Of a stretch of DNA of 64,000 nucleotides, positions 40,690 through 53,787 are shown one piece after another. The stretch's first letter is position 1. Every line of letters begins with the position of its first letter. The notes under the pieces are model-generated. The model saw only the letters and a program-made list of their open reading frames with translations, ran no database searches and was not told where the DNA came from. A program made the translations under genes and the position numbers. Origin of the DNA: Felis catus (taxonomy: Eukaryota); contig NC_058368.1 in the NCBI RefSeq assembly GCF_018350175.1, positions 180,546,001 through 180,610,000 on the forward strand, in the 5' to 3' direction.

Positions 40690-41560
40690 ACCACCACCTC
40701 CTTGGTTGCTCAGGTCAAGATGCTCATCATAATCCTTGATTCTTCTTCTTCTTTTTTTCTTTTTCTTTTTTTCCATTTCTTACACCTGATCCATGAACAA
40801 TTCCCATCACATTTACTTTGAAAATATATCCCAGTTGGAATACTTCCTTATCTCCCCTGCTACCCCTCTAGTCTACATCACCATCACCCAGACCCTGGTC
40901 AGCTATTAAAGCTTCCCTATGGGCTTCTCTGCTTCCACTCTTGCACCCCTACAGTCCATTCATCTACACAATGGCCAGAATAATCTTTAAAAAGGCAATA
41001 AGATCATGTCAACTCTACTGTACTTTTTACTTTAACCTCCAACAGCTGTCCATTGTAATAAGAATATAATTTACACTTGTCAACAAGGTCCGTAAGATGC
41101 TGAAGCATTGATCCCCTACTGACCTCTCTGACCTCCTCTGAAACACTTCCTTCTGAGCTTACCACCATGCAACCATATTGGACTCTGTCAATCCCTTAAG
41201 TAAACCAGATTATTGCCTGATATTAGGGCTTTTGCACAACTTCTCTCTGCCTGGAATACTTTCCCCCAGATCTTCACATGGCTGACCTCATCATTTAGGC
41301 CCCATCTCAGATGACACATCTCAGATGTTCCCTAACTATCTTATGTAGCTTCCTTATCCTTCCTACTCCACACAGTAGTCCCTAATTATTACCCTGTTAG
41401 GTTTTCCTTAAAGCATTATCATTTTTTAAATTTGTCCACATGAATTGGTGTGAAGTTTCCTATAAAACCATAAACACAACAGCTAGGGCTTGCTTGTTCC
41501 TACCCTCTCTCTCATGTCCTAACAGATAGTCCTTGGCACGTGGTATATATTCACCAAGTA
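40690..41560 (+). mobile_element. Ancient LINE-2 3' region
   Basis: Pyrimidine-rich L2-like motifs (aataatctttaaaaa..agatcatgtca; tctgcctggaatact; cttggcacgtggtatatattcaccaagtatt). Confidence 0.6.
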
Positions 41561-42410
41561 TTTTGTCCCTTATTTATAGAATTCATTTATCCCTCCACTT
41601 ACAGATCACTTTCTAGGTTTTAGGGCCTGGAGTCAACTTTGCTGGGAAGAGAGTTTATAAGAACTTTCATCCAGCACAGAGGAATCTGGACTTCAGAGTT
41701 AGTAGCAAGCAATGACCAGGAGGAATCTACCAGGTGTGGCCAGAAATTAACTAGCAAGGACTATGCAGTAATTCTAAGTCATATCCTAGTGAATGTGCAA
41801 AGACCCAGAGAATTTATAGAAAGGTAGTACATAGAGGCACAAAATATAAACATTTGAATTAGTAAATGAACATTAGTGGTTCTCAAACTCTCATGTACAT
41901 CACCATCTTCTACAGAGCTTGTCAAAGATAAAAACTGCCTTGGCTCATCTCTAGGCTTACTGAATCAGTGCTCTGGGGTGGGCTCCAGGAGTCTGTATTT
42001 TTAAGAAGTGTCACTTTAGAAACCACTGAAACAGATGAACAGCTTGAAGTAGTGGTTCTTTCATTGTTTGGTATGTATCAGATTCTTGTGTGGAGATTCT
42101 TGTGTGGATTCTTGTATTTACAAATACAGCTACACAGGTCCCACACCAAGCACTATGACCTAAAGCTTTCACCCTTGTTTGTTTGTAAGTCAGGTGTTAA
42201 CAATTGTATCCAATATGTGTGTGGTGTTTTATAGATTCAAAAAGAATTTCCCCAACTATTATTTGATTACAGGCCTAGGTTTTGAAGCTCAGCCCATTTT
42301 GTGGGATATATATTCTCTGGAGAACCCCCAATTCAGCCATCATTTGCCCAGGGAAGTTTTGTAGCAATGGGAACAATAGAGCAAAGGAAGGTTTTCTGTG
42401 TGGCCACTTA

Positions 42411-42713
<303 letters not shown>

Positions 42714-42984
42714 CTATTGGCTTACTGAGGGTGAGGGGCAGTGGCAGAGAGAAGAGAAATAGTAGGAAACTTTGATCTTTGGAGAACTTGCCTATTTCCT
42801 CATGATGCTGTAATGGAGTGGCTGAACTCCAAGGCTAAGATATTGCCTGTAGGGATAACTGAAGAACAATTGTGAGGTACACTAAGGCAGATGGTCTGGG
42901 AAAAACAGCCTGAGATTCTTTGACATTTAAAAAGAGAAGGTGGGAAAACCTATGAGTGTTTTGGACATTTGATGAAAAATGCTA

Positions 42985-43269
<285 letters not shown>

Positions 43270-45686
43270 TTACTTGATTACTCCAAAGCTTTCCAGCTGG
43301 AATGAGAAACACATGTTCATGGTAATACAGATTCCTTTCCAAAAGCCCACTGAAGGAGGTGGGTTGATTGCTTTTTCTCCTTGTGATTCCACACAATATT
43401 AAATTCAGATTTCAAGCTGAACTCAACCTTGAAACTTACACAGTAGTACTCTGTAGGGATAGAAAGACTTTTCCAATGAACAGCTGGCTTTCAAAATATG
43501 ACCCTAGTGATGTGGAAGGAGGAGAAGAATCATTTAAAAATGAAATACAACTCTCCTTTATAGATGGACAGGAGACTGTTTCTTTCAGCCTGCTGTTCAC
43601 GGCATGCATTTATCATATTCTATGTTATTTATTTTCGCTCACTAGGAGGAAGGCCTATGGAAGCATAGTGGCTCATTTATAAGGAGATTCTGTAGGCAAC
43701 AGCTTGTATAAGTTAAAGCTCTTTGTACGATCACTCAGGATTCCAGAGAGTGCCAGGCAAGGCAGGCATGGGGACAAAGCCTGCCAATTATGTGACAATT
43801 CAGTGGGGAACAGAATCCAAAGACTGTAAAAATCCTACATTTGCCACATGGACAAATGGGAGAGGGAGGTGGGAGATGAAGGACTTCAGTTCTAACTCTG
43901 CTCCAGCTCACACTTCCTCGTGGCTCTGTTTTCCCATGTGTAAAACAGAGCAAGTGAAACCTCAATTTCTCAGAGAGATGTAGTAGGGATAAATGAGACA
44001 AAATGCCAAGATGCCATACATTTTTAATTGCAACATTGCTTTAAAAATATGAGGCACTGTTATTATTGCTATTCCTACTACATTAAATTCTTAACTATGT
44101 GTGTCACCTTTGGGGATTCTCCACAGCTTCTTTTAAATCCTGAGATATAGGAGCATCAATATGAATTGGAGATATATTTTATTAAAAAAAACCCCACATA
44201 TATTTCTTAACTTGTCCTCTGAAAATTCCAAGAAACAACAACGATATCAGTGGCAAAGAGAATTTCTAGTGCCTAGCTTGTGGCCTTGAAATATTATTTC
44301 TCATTAAAAGGAAATCAGGCAGGGCTCCTTGAAGAAATGGCTGGAGCAAGAAATGAACAAGATGAGACTAGGGTATTTTATCATACCAGATAGCAAGGAA
44401 GAAATCAAAATCTCCTAGGGTTATGTCAAAAGATAGGGAGTCAGCCTGAAGAGTGTCCCACTGACCATAGATGGGATAGTTTGACCCTCAGTAGAGATAA
44501 TAACTTCAATGGATTGAAACATATTAGACACATTTTATTCTATGAGTTCATAATGGTATTAGAAAATTAATTTGCCACTGTTAGAGGATGTTAGAGAACA
44601 AACTTATTATATTGAAAACAGTATATAAAGGCAAACAATCAAGAATTTATTTCTTCTTTCTTATTTGAACTCTACCTCCTATAACCAAGTAGTTAATGAG
44701 AGAATATCTCTATGTAAAAGTATTCTAGCTAATAAATGGAAAAGCAATGAAAAAATTAAAATATGACTTTGCAATTCTTAATGACCTAATGGATCTAGGT
44801 AATGAGCATCAGTGGCCTCTGAAATCACAAAAGGATAAACAAGATGACATTAGGTGCCTCCTGATGGGAGACAACAGTACCACCTATCTAGTTGTCCTGC
44901 TGAAAAAAAAAATTAGAGAATAAAATACTCAGGAATTAATTTAATCAAGGAGGTGAAAGACCTATATGTTGAAAACTATAAAACACTGATGAAAGAAATT
45001 GAAGAAGACACAAATAAATGGAAATATATTCTGTGCTCATGAATTAGAATAATTAACATCAGTAAAATGCCCACACTACCCAAAGCAATCTATGGATTCA
45101 TTGCAATCCCTAACAAAATTCCAATGGCACATAATAGAAACACAAAAATAGAACAATCCTAAAATGTGTATCAAGCTGCAACAGACCCCAAGTAGTCAAA
45201 GCAATCTTGAGAAAGAACAAACCTAGAGGCATTACACTCCCTGATTTCAAACTATATTACAAAGCTATAGTAATCAAATCTGTATAGTGTGGGCATGAAA
45301 ACAGACACACAGGTCAATAGAACAAAATAGAGAGCCCAGAAATAAACCCATACATATATGGCCAATTAATTTAAAGCAAAGGAGCCAAGAATATACAACA
45401 GGGAAAAGACAGTCCCTTCAATAAATGGTGTTGGGAAAACTGGACAGCCATGTGAAAAATAATGAAACTGGATCACCATCTTACACCATACACAAAAATT
45501 AATGCAAAATGGATTAAAGACTTGAATTTAAGACCTGAAACCATACAACTCCTAGAAGAAAACACAGGGGGTAATCTCCTTGACGTTGGTCTTAGTAATA
45601 ATTTTTTGATTTGACACCAAAAGCACAGCCAACAAAAAGCAAAAATAAACAAGTGGGACTGCATCAAATTAAAATGCCTCTGTGAT

Positions 45687-45904
45687 GGGGTGCCTGGGTG
45701 GCTCAGTCAGTTGAATGTTCGACTTTGGCTCAGGTCATGATCTCCTGGTTTGTGAGTTCGAGCCCCACATCCGGCTCTATGCTGACAGCTCAGAGCCTGG
45801 AGCCTGCTTCAGATTCTATGTCTCCCTCTCTCTTTCCCCATCCCCTGCTCATACTCTGTTCCTCTCTCTCTCAAAAATAAATAAACATTAAAAAATTAAA
45901 AAAA
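45687..45904 (+). mobile_element. Can-SINE inside L1
   Basis: SINEC body; flanking repeat aaattaaaatgc(c/t)tctgt. Confidence 0.9.
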
Positions 45905-46540
45905 ATTAAAATGCTTCTGTACAACAAAGGAAATAATCAACAAAATGAAAAGACAACCTACTGAATAGGAAAAAAAATAGTTGCAAATCATATATCTGAT
46001 AAGGAGTTAATATCTAAAATATATAAAGAACTCATACAACTCCATAGCAAAAAGGCAAACAATCCAATGAAAAATGGGCAAAGGATCTGAACACACATTC
46101 CAAAGAAGACATAGAGAAGGCCAAGATGTTCATGAAAAGATGCTCAACTTCATTAATTATCAGGGAATTGCAAATCAAAACCACAATGAGATACCATCTC
46201 ATACCTGTCTGAATGGCTGTTATCAAAAAGACAAGAAATAACAAGTACCGGTGGAGATGTGGAATAAAGGGAACTCTTGTGCACTGCTGGTGGAAATGTA
46301 AATTGGTGCAGCCACTATGGAACACAGTATGGAGGTTCTTCAAAAAAAAAAAAAAAACACAAAAACTACAAATAGAACTACAATATGACCCAGCAATTTC
46401 ACTTCTGGGTATCTATCCAAAGAAAATGAAAACACAAACTCAAAAAGATATCTGCACCCCATGTTCATTGCAGCATTATTTACAATAGCTAAGATATGGA
46501 AATAGTCTAAGTGCCCAATAACGGCTGAATGAATAAAGAA

Positions 46541-46548
46541 TGTGTGTG

Positions 46549-46609
<61 letters not shown>
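46541..46609. repeat. (TG)n microsatellite
   Basis: Directly visible, with one interruption. Confidence 0.95.
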
Positions 46610-46611
<2 letters not shown>

Positions 46612-48832
46612 TATTATTTAGCCACAGAAAAGAGTGATATTTTGCCATTTGGGAAACAGGGATGGACCTTGAAGGCATTATGTTAAATTAGATAAGTTAG
46701 AGAAAAGACAGATACTGTATGATTTCACTTCAATGTAGAATCATCTAAAAAAAATAAAACAAAGCTCACAGATATAGAGTTAGATTGGGTCTTGCTGGAG
46801 GCAGCAGGTAGGAGGTGAAAGAAATGAGTGAAGGGAGTCAAAGGTACAAATTTCCAGTAATAAAATAAATAAGTGTTAGGGATATAATGTGTGGCATGGT
46901 GACTGTAGTTAATAATACTGTATTGCATATTGTAAGTTAAGAAAGTAGATCTTAAAAGCTCTCATCACAAGAAAAAAAATTCGTAAAAAAAAAATTATGT
47001 GATGGATGTTAACTAGATTTGTGTATATATTGCACCCAATATATACCAATATGGAATCATGTTGTACACCTGAAACTAATACAATGTTGCATGTCAATTA
47101 TACCTCAGATAAAAAAAAAAAATCAAACCTGAACCTGAAAAAGCCTCAAGTCTCAACTCTCAGTTTACAGGAGATAACAGAACAAAGGAAGACATTAAAC
47201 AGCCACAGGGGTGCAATCAGAAAATAAATTAGACTATGGAAAATTCTACAGACAAATAATGCACTTTGTCCAAAATAAAATATAGAACTTAAAAAAAGAG
47301 CTAGAGATAGAAGGGAAAACCATAGATTAAAGAAATTTAAGAGAAATCAAAATTGCAAAAGGTGGATCTTATTTGGATTCTGACTCAAACAAAGCACTAA
47401 TATTTTATGATACTCATAAGACAATCGAAATATTGAATAATGGGCTATTTAAAGATATTAAGAAGTAATCATTTAAAAATTGTGATAATTATATTGTTGT
47501 CATTCTTTTGTAGTGTGTTTTTGAGATACATTGTGAAATATTATGGATGAATTTATATGATATCTGAGACTTCCTTCAGAAAGTCATGAGAAGCAGGGAG
47601 GTGGATGAAAGGATGGACTTGATAATGTCAGAAGCTAGATACATGGGGGTGCATTATAATACTGCATCTACATTTTGATGTTGGATATTTTTTTGATATT
47701 GGTAAAGGCTGGTATAATATTTGATTAGCTACTTTATAGTAAATGCACTAGTTAGTTCAATAACATTACTATCTTTTATGAAGTTAATAACTCCCTTTGC
47801 TGATGAGGCAGACTACTAGGGCCATACCCTAAGCATGTGAAACCTGCTAGGTACATGACATTAGGCATCTTTCTTACCCTCTCCCTCATGTCCTACTGCA
47901 CAATGGGGGTTATGAGAGTGCCTCCCTGATAAAATTATTGACAGGCTACCCCATACAAAGGATTTTAGCTCAGTGCTCTGCACAAAAGGAGTGTCTGACA
48001 AACATTGGCTTCCAACTACCATGAAAATTTCTAAGTTTGCTGGTTTCTTATTTTGGTAACTTATAGTTCTTGGAAATCACAAGGCTAGTGGTGAAGAAAA
48101 TACAGGATTCTGGATTTTAATTAATCCCACCCAGACTTCCACAAGTAGGAAAAGACACTAGGTATGTTGATATCAATCTCAGCTCACAACTTTTCAGAGA
48201 TTGGTAACCAACAGACCCTTCTCTTATGGTAGTCATTCATCAGTGGGCAGTTAAGCTATTCCCTAAAAGGCACAGCTTGAAACACAGCACGTGGCTTTCA
48301 CACCCCCTCCATCTTCTGATTCTCCTGATGCATTCTGGGAACATGATCTAGCTCCTGCCCATCTCTTTCCCCTATCTTGAATATTCTCCTTGTCCATACA
48401 TTCCAGCCACACTGCCCTTCCCTTTGTCCTTCAAACACACCTTAGTCTTCTCACGTTTTCTGCCAGAAAGATAATGCTTTGTTCCTGATTTTCACATGGC
48501 TCCTTCTTGCCATTCAAGCCTCTGCTGAAGTGTCATCTGCCAAGAAGTCTTCCCTGAATGCCCACCCACAGTTGCTCCTCCTTCCCAGTAAATTATTTTT
48601 ACTTTAATATTAGCACTTATCACTGCTTGATATTTTCTTGTTCAGTCTGTGTTTATTATCTTGATCCCCCACTAGTACAGAAGGTCCATGAAATAGGACT
48701 CTTGTCTGTCTTACTGACCAATGCATTCCTATCTACTGGGATAGTGTGTGGCACATATTAGGAACTCAATATTGATCAAATTAATGCATGACTAAATCCA
48801 AGGATCAATAAGGAGTTGAAACTGAAACATAC

Positions 48833-49100
48833 CAACAGCATCAGAGAGTCCGTAAACCCTTTGGCCATATGCATCTGTCTTATCCCAGATGAAGGTGTAG
48901 GCCAGGTTGGGAGAGGCCTGGAATGACTTCTGGAAGAGGTGCCCCTCTACAGCTACCATCAGATGAACCTTGATAAGATTCAGGGGCACCGTGGACTGGG
49001 TCATGGTGATCTTCAACAGAGACTTATAGCCTGCGGTCCTGGAGCTCAGGTAGCGAAGCTTCACAGTGGAACCAGGGAGCTCAATTTCTTCATGAAGAAC
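48833..49100 (-). CDS. TENM2: TENM2 exon, 268 nt ([10 protein letters not shown]...GLSDAV)
   Basis: Acceptor tccag|GTT, donor G|gtatgt; phase 0 to 1. Confidence 0.96.
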
Positions 49101-49753
49101 CTGGAGAGGAAACATAGGGTGGACATGAGACATGCTTCATCCAGTGACCCCCGGGCAGGTGGGCTGCTCACAACCCTGAGTCTGCCTGTCTGCTGCTGCC
49201 CTCACAAAGCATCATGCCTTATGTGGGGTGCAAGAACCACTACCCATGACTGAGAGAAAAAAAACAACAACAACCAAAACTTTATCCTACACCATGGAGT
49301 AAAGGGGTTGAGGTTATGATTTTTGGATTAATAATTATTCCTGGTCACTGTTGTGTTTCTTTTTAAAAACCACACTGTTGGCAAAAGATGTAAATAAGAA
49401 CAGCAGGCTTTATTGCTAGCTGCATGTAAGGAGGCCACAAGAGGCTGTAATTATATGAACCTGCAACTTCCAGTGACAATTGGTATAAAGCAACAGGGAG
49501 GCAATAATGTAATATGCCCTCTGTCCTAACACTGATGTAGATCATTAAAGTGCCTCTTATCATGTATCTCTGTGACTAACAGGAATAAAAATGCAATTTG
49601 CAGGTGGGTTGCACATATGTATATTGTTTTTTTTTTATTTTATTAAAAGCTCCGTTGACTGCCAAAGTCTTGAATGACTATCTGGAAACATCTGGAAGAT
49701 ATAGGAGAGATTCAGTTGTCTCTCCAGTGGCCATAAATTCTATTGTGTTCCTA

Positions 49754-50170
<417 letters not shown>

Positions 50171-50435
50171 TTAGGAATGAACTTAGCTTTAGACAAGGCA
50201 GGGGCTCTGAACTGTGCACCTGAGGGCAGTAGGAGGGGCAGAGCACACGAGAGATGAACGTGGGCTTTGAAGGCAGATGGTCTGAGTTAAAATACAATCT
50301 CTATCAATGACTTGTCCTGTGATTCTGTGAAAGTTACCAACCCTCTCTGAGCCCCAGTGTCTTCATCTGCGAATTGGGACTAATTATACCACCTTCACAG
50401 TATGGCTGAGAGAATGAAATGTGATGACTGCAGAG

Positions 50436-50659
50436 CAGGGGTCAGCAAACTAAGCCCATGAGCTAAATCCAGCCCGCCACCTGTTTTGGCAAACAAAAGT
50501 TTCATTGGAGTACAGCCACGCCGATTTGTTTACTTATCCTCTCCAGCTGATTTTGTGCTACAAAGGCAGAGCTGAGTAGTTGTAACAGAAACCATATGGC
50601 ATGCAAATCCTAAAATATTTACTATCTGGCCCTTTACAGAAAATGTTTCTCCGCCCCTG
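50436..50659 (+). mobile_element. MER58A-like hAT-Charlie MITE inserted in a MIR
   Basis: Terminal inverted repeats caggggtcagcaaac / tttctccgcccctg; degenerate 8-bp TSD ctgcagag / ctgtaaag; the MIR continues on both sides (about 50250-50710). Confidence 0.85.
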
Positions 50660-50784
50660 CTGTAAAGCACTTAGCATCATGCTAGGTTGATACAAGTATT
50701 CAATACATAGTAGAGTTATAATGATCAATGAATGCTAAGTCATGGGAGGGGCTTTCTTCTTATCTACCTGGGCTGTTTGATATT

Positions 50785-50787
<3 letters not shown>

Positions 50788-50819
<32 letters not shown>
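50788..50819. repeat. (AT)n microsatellite
   Basis: Directly visible. Confidence 0.95.
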
Positions 50820-50821
<2 letters not shown>

Positions 50822-50834
50822 CATAGAGGCTTAA

Positions 50835-51120
50835 TTTTTGAGATACAGTTGACATATAACATTAGTTTCAGGTGTAGTACAACATAATGGTTTGATATAT
50901 GCATAAGGTACAAAATGATGGCCACAAGAAGTCTAGTTAACATCTATCACTACACATAGTTAAAATTTTTTTCTTGCAATGAAAACTTTTAAGATTCTCT
51001 TAGCAACTTTCAATATGCAATACAATATTATTAACTATAGTCTCCATACTGTACATTACATCTGCAGGATTTATTTATTTTATAACTTTATACTTTTGAC
51101 CCCTTCATCCATTTTGGCCT
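50835..51120 (-). mobile_element. L1 3'UTR fragment
   Basis: Reverse complement resembles the L1 3' ends at about 23100-23290 and 46850-47110. Confidence 0.75.
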
Positions 51121-51132
51121 GTTTCTGATATA

Positions 51133-51236
51133 TTTTTTTTAAAGTTTATTTATTTTGAGAGAGGGGTAGAGCATGAGTGGGGGAGGCAGAGGGGGAGGCA
51201 GAGGGAGAGGGAGAGGGAGAGGGAGAGGGAGAGGGA

Positions 51237-51282
<46 letters not shown>

Positions 51283-51406
51283 CGCAAGCAGGCTCCCTGC
51301 TGTCAGTGCAGAGCCCCACATGAGGGCTTGATCTCAAGGACCGTGAGACCACGACCTGAGCTGAAATTAAGAGGCAGATGCTTAACCTGAGCCACCCTGG
51401 CATCCC
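51133..51406 (-). mobile_element. Can-SINE with expanded (GAGAGG)n(GA)n tract
   Basis: SINEC head and tail around a long purine tract. Confidence 0.88.
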
Positions 51407-52726
51407 TTTGATAATTGTCCTTAAACCTTATTCCTGTTTGTTTTTCGAGAGCTGGACAAAGGTATATTGCTAGTAAGGTAAAATAAAGGTAGTTCTTTCC
51501 CAATTAACAGAAAAGAAGGAGGTTAATGGAGAGAAGTCTCCCAATTTTGAGTTTTATTCCTCCATCAAGATCTCAACTGTTTGAGGGAAGTAGTGCTTTT
51601 CTGTTCACTTCAGAATTTCTAGCAGTTAACAGAGCTCCTGGATCATAGTAAAAACTCAGTGCAAATATACAGACCCACTGGCTTCACCCAATTTGGGTAA
51701 TACTTTTGGTGTTTTTTGTTTGTTTCATTTTTTGTTTGTTTGCTTTGGTGTTTTTTTTTTAACAGACAAAAATGAATGAGCAAGAAGCACATGAACATTA
51801 AGGTGAATATCAGAGCATGTATGGCACAACAATTTATTACATGAACTTGTTTGTCTCTTTATTTTGGGGAATGCATACTGCTGGGGATAGGATGGGTATA
51901 GGATGCAGAAGAGAGTCGAATGTTTTGATGTGAAATTGGTATGAAAGAACCAAATCATCAATGTCTGTGGGACACCCCACTATATGACAGATTGTATAAT
52001 TCCTCAGAGCATTCCCAAATACATCCTGTTACTTCCAGGGCTTTGTAACCTGAACAAGCTGAAGAAATCACTAATCCTGAAGGTTGGATAGATGATATGG
52101 GAAGTGGGTCTGGGCTGTAATTAGTCAAGAAGCAGCTCAGAAGGATGGGGCAGCATAAGGTAGGGACAGGCAGCAGGTCAAGGACTTAGAAATGTCCTCT
52201 GTATTGTCATAGGACTGTGCAGAGTGGGAACATTGGCTTCTAAGAATGAACAAGGGCCGAGGTAGTTCTGCGTATTACATAGTCATCGTCCTAATGCTTT
52301 AAAATAGTTAGATTTGACTACAGAAATGTATGAGATATCAGAAAGTTTGTGAATACTGAGATTTTGATGGAAATCATCAGATGTCTTCTTTGGGTTTCAG
52401 AGGTGGGAATATGAGAATAGGGCTATTGTCAGCTGGTAAATTTTGAAACTACCAGCAAGGCTACCTTAGAGCATTAGAAAGTAAGGTCTGACTCTTCACC
52501 AGAGAAAGGCAAGACTCATAGTTCTTACCCACATGCTATGTCCATGATTTTGCAGACTGCAGTTTTATGGAAAAAGTGTTACATCAGATTTACAGCAACC
52601 ATCTTCTTTTACATTTGGAATAGAATGCAATAGTTTGAGGGCTTGGGTTTTTTGTTTATTTGTTTGTTTGTTTGTTTGTTTTTTTTAACCCAGGGTGGTT
52701 GAGTGATTTCCCCATCCCATAGATTT

Positions 52727-52921
52727 TTCTTCTTCTTTCTTCTTCTTCTTCTTCTTCTTCTTCTTCTTCTTCTTCTTCTTCTTCTTCTTCTTTCTTCTTC
52801 TTCCTCTTCCTCTTCCTCTTCCTCTTCCTCTCCTCCTCCTCCCCCTCCTGCTCCCCCTCCTCCTCCCCCTCCTCCTCCCCCTCCTCCTCCTCCTCCTCCT
52901 TCTCCTCCTTCTTCCTCTTCT
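52727..52921. repeat. Compound trinucleotide tract (TTC)18 plus (TCC)/(TCCTCT)n
   Basis: Uninterrupted TTC at 52737-52790, followed by a CCT-rich tract. Confidence 0.95.
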
Positions 52922-53565
52922 TTAAATTTCAACTCCATGCCCAGTGGATTAAGGAAATAACATAGCTTTCATCTTGGTGGGGGCTGCACGGGTGCATGTT
53001 TCCAATCAGAAGATAATAGGAAAAGGTTGCCTCCTTCACACAGCAGGGTGACAGCTAAATGTATTTAATTAGACTTTTCTGATTACATCCCACCCCCTCA
53101 AAACAGGCACAAAAACAACACAGCTCCTAAAGCCACAGATGAAAGCAGAAGGGGTTCACCACAGGACACTATGTCATGTGGATGCTTGTCACCCTGCACT
53201 GACTTTGATTTAAAATAGGAGAGAATTTCCAAGAGCCAATTTGCCTTTTTCTTTCTAGAATCTGCCCTCCCCTAGCTGCAATCCCAGTACATGTACACAC
53301 ACAGAAAAGTATTTACCTGACAGGGAAAAAGGGAGAATGATGGTTATTGGCAGCCTTGGACAGGCTGGCCCTTCTATTTGTTTTTCATGTTAAATACTAT
53401 ACCACAAAGCAAAAAAATGGATTTGGGGGGATCCACACTAGGGGTCTTGCCTGGTGGTCACTATAGTCCACAAGGGGAAGCCATGTGGTTCTAAGCCAAT
53501 AGCATGATCTGTCTTTTTGCCTGCATCCTCAGTTCTGAGTAGGTAGAACCCCGCAAAGATACTTA

Positions 53566-53787
<222 letters not shown>

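Larger units (their letters stand above)
44905..47122 (+). mobile_element. 5'-truncated carnivore LINE-1 (ORF2 3' half and 3'UTR)
   Basis: ORF2 motifs, 3'UTR ending atgtcaattatacctcagat, poly-A at about 47111-47122. Confidence 0.9.
44200..47700 (+). mobile_element. Ancient L1MC-type 3'UTR split by a younger L1 insertion
   Basis: L1MC-like motifs (gggctccttgaagaaatggctg...cataccagatagcaaggaag) at about 44200-44900, resuming at about 47125-47700. Confidence 0.6.

Noticed and set aside
52609..52960. Poly-G/E/R and poly-L/S/P ORFs
   Set aside because: Translations of the trinucleotide microsatellite.
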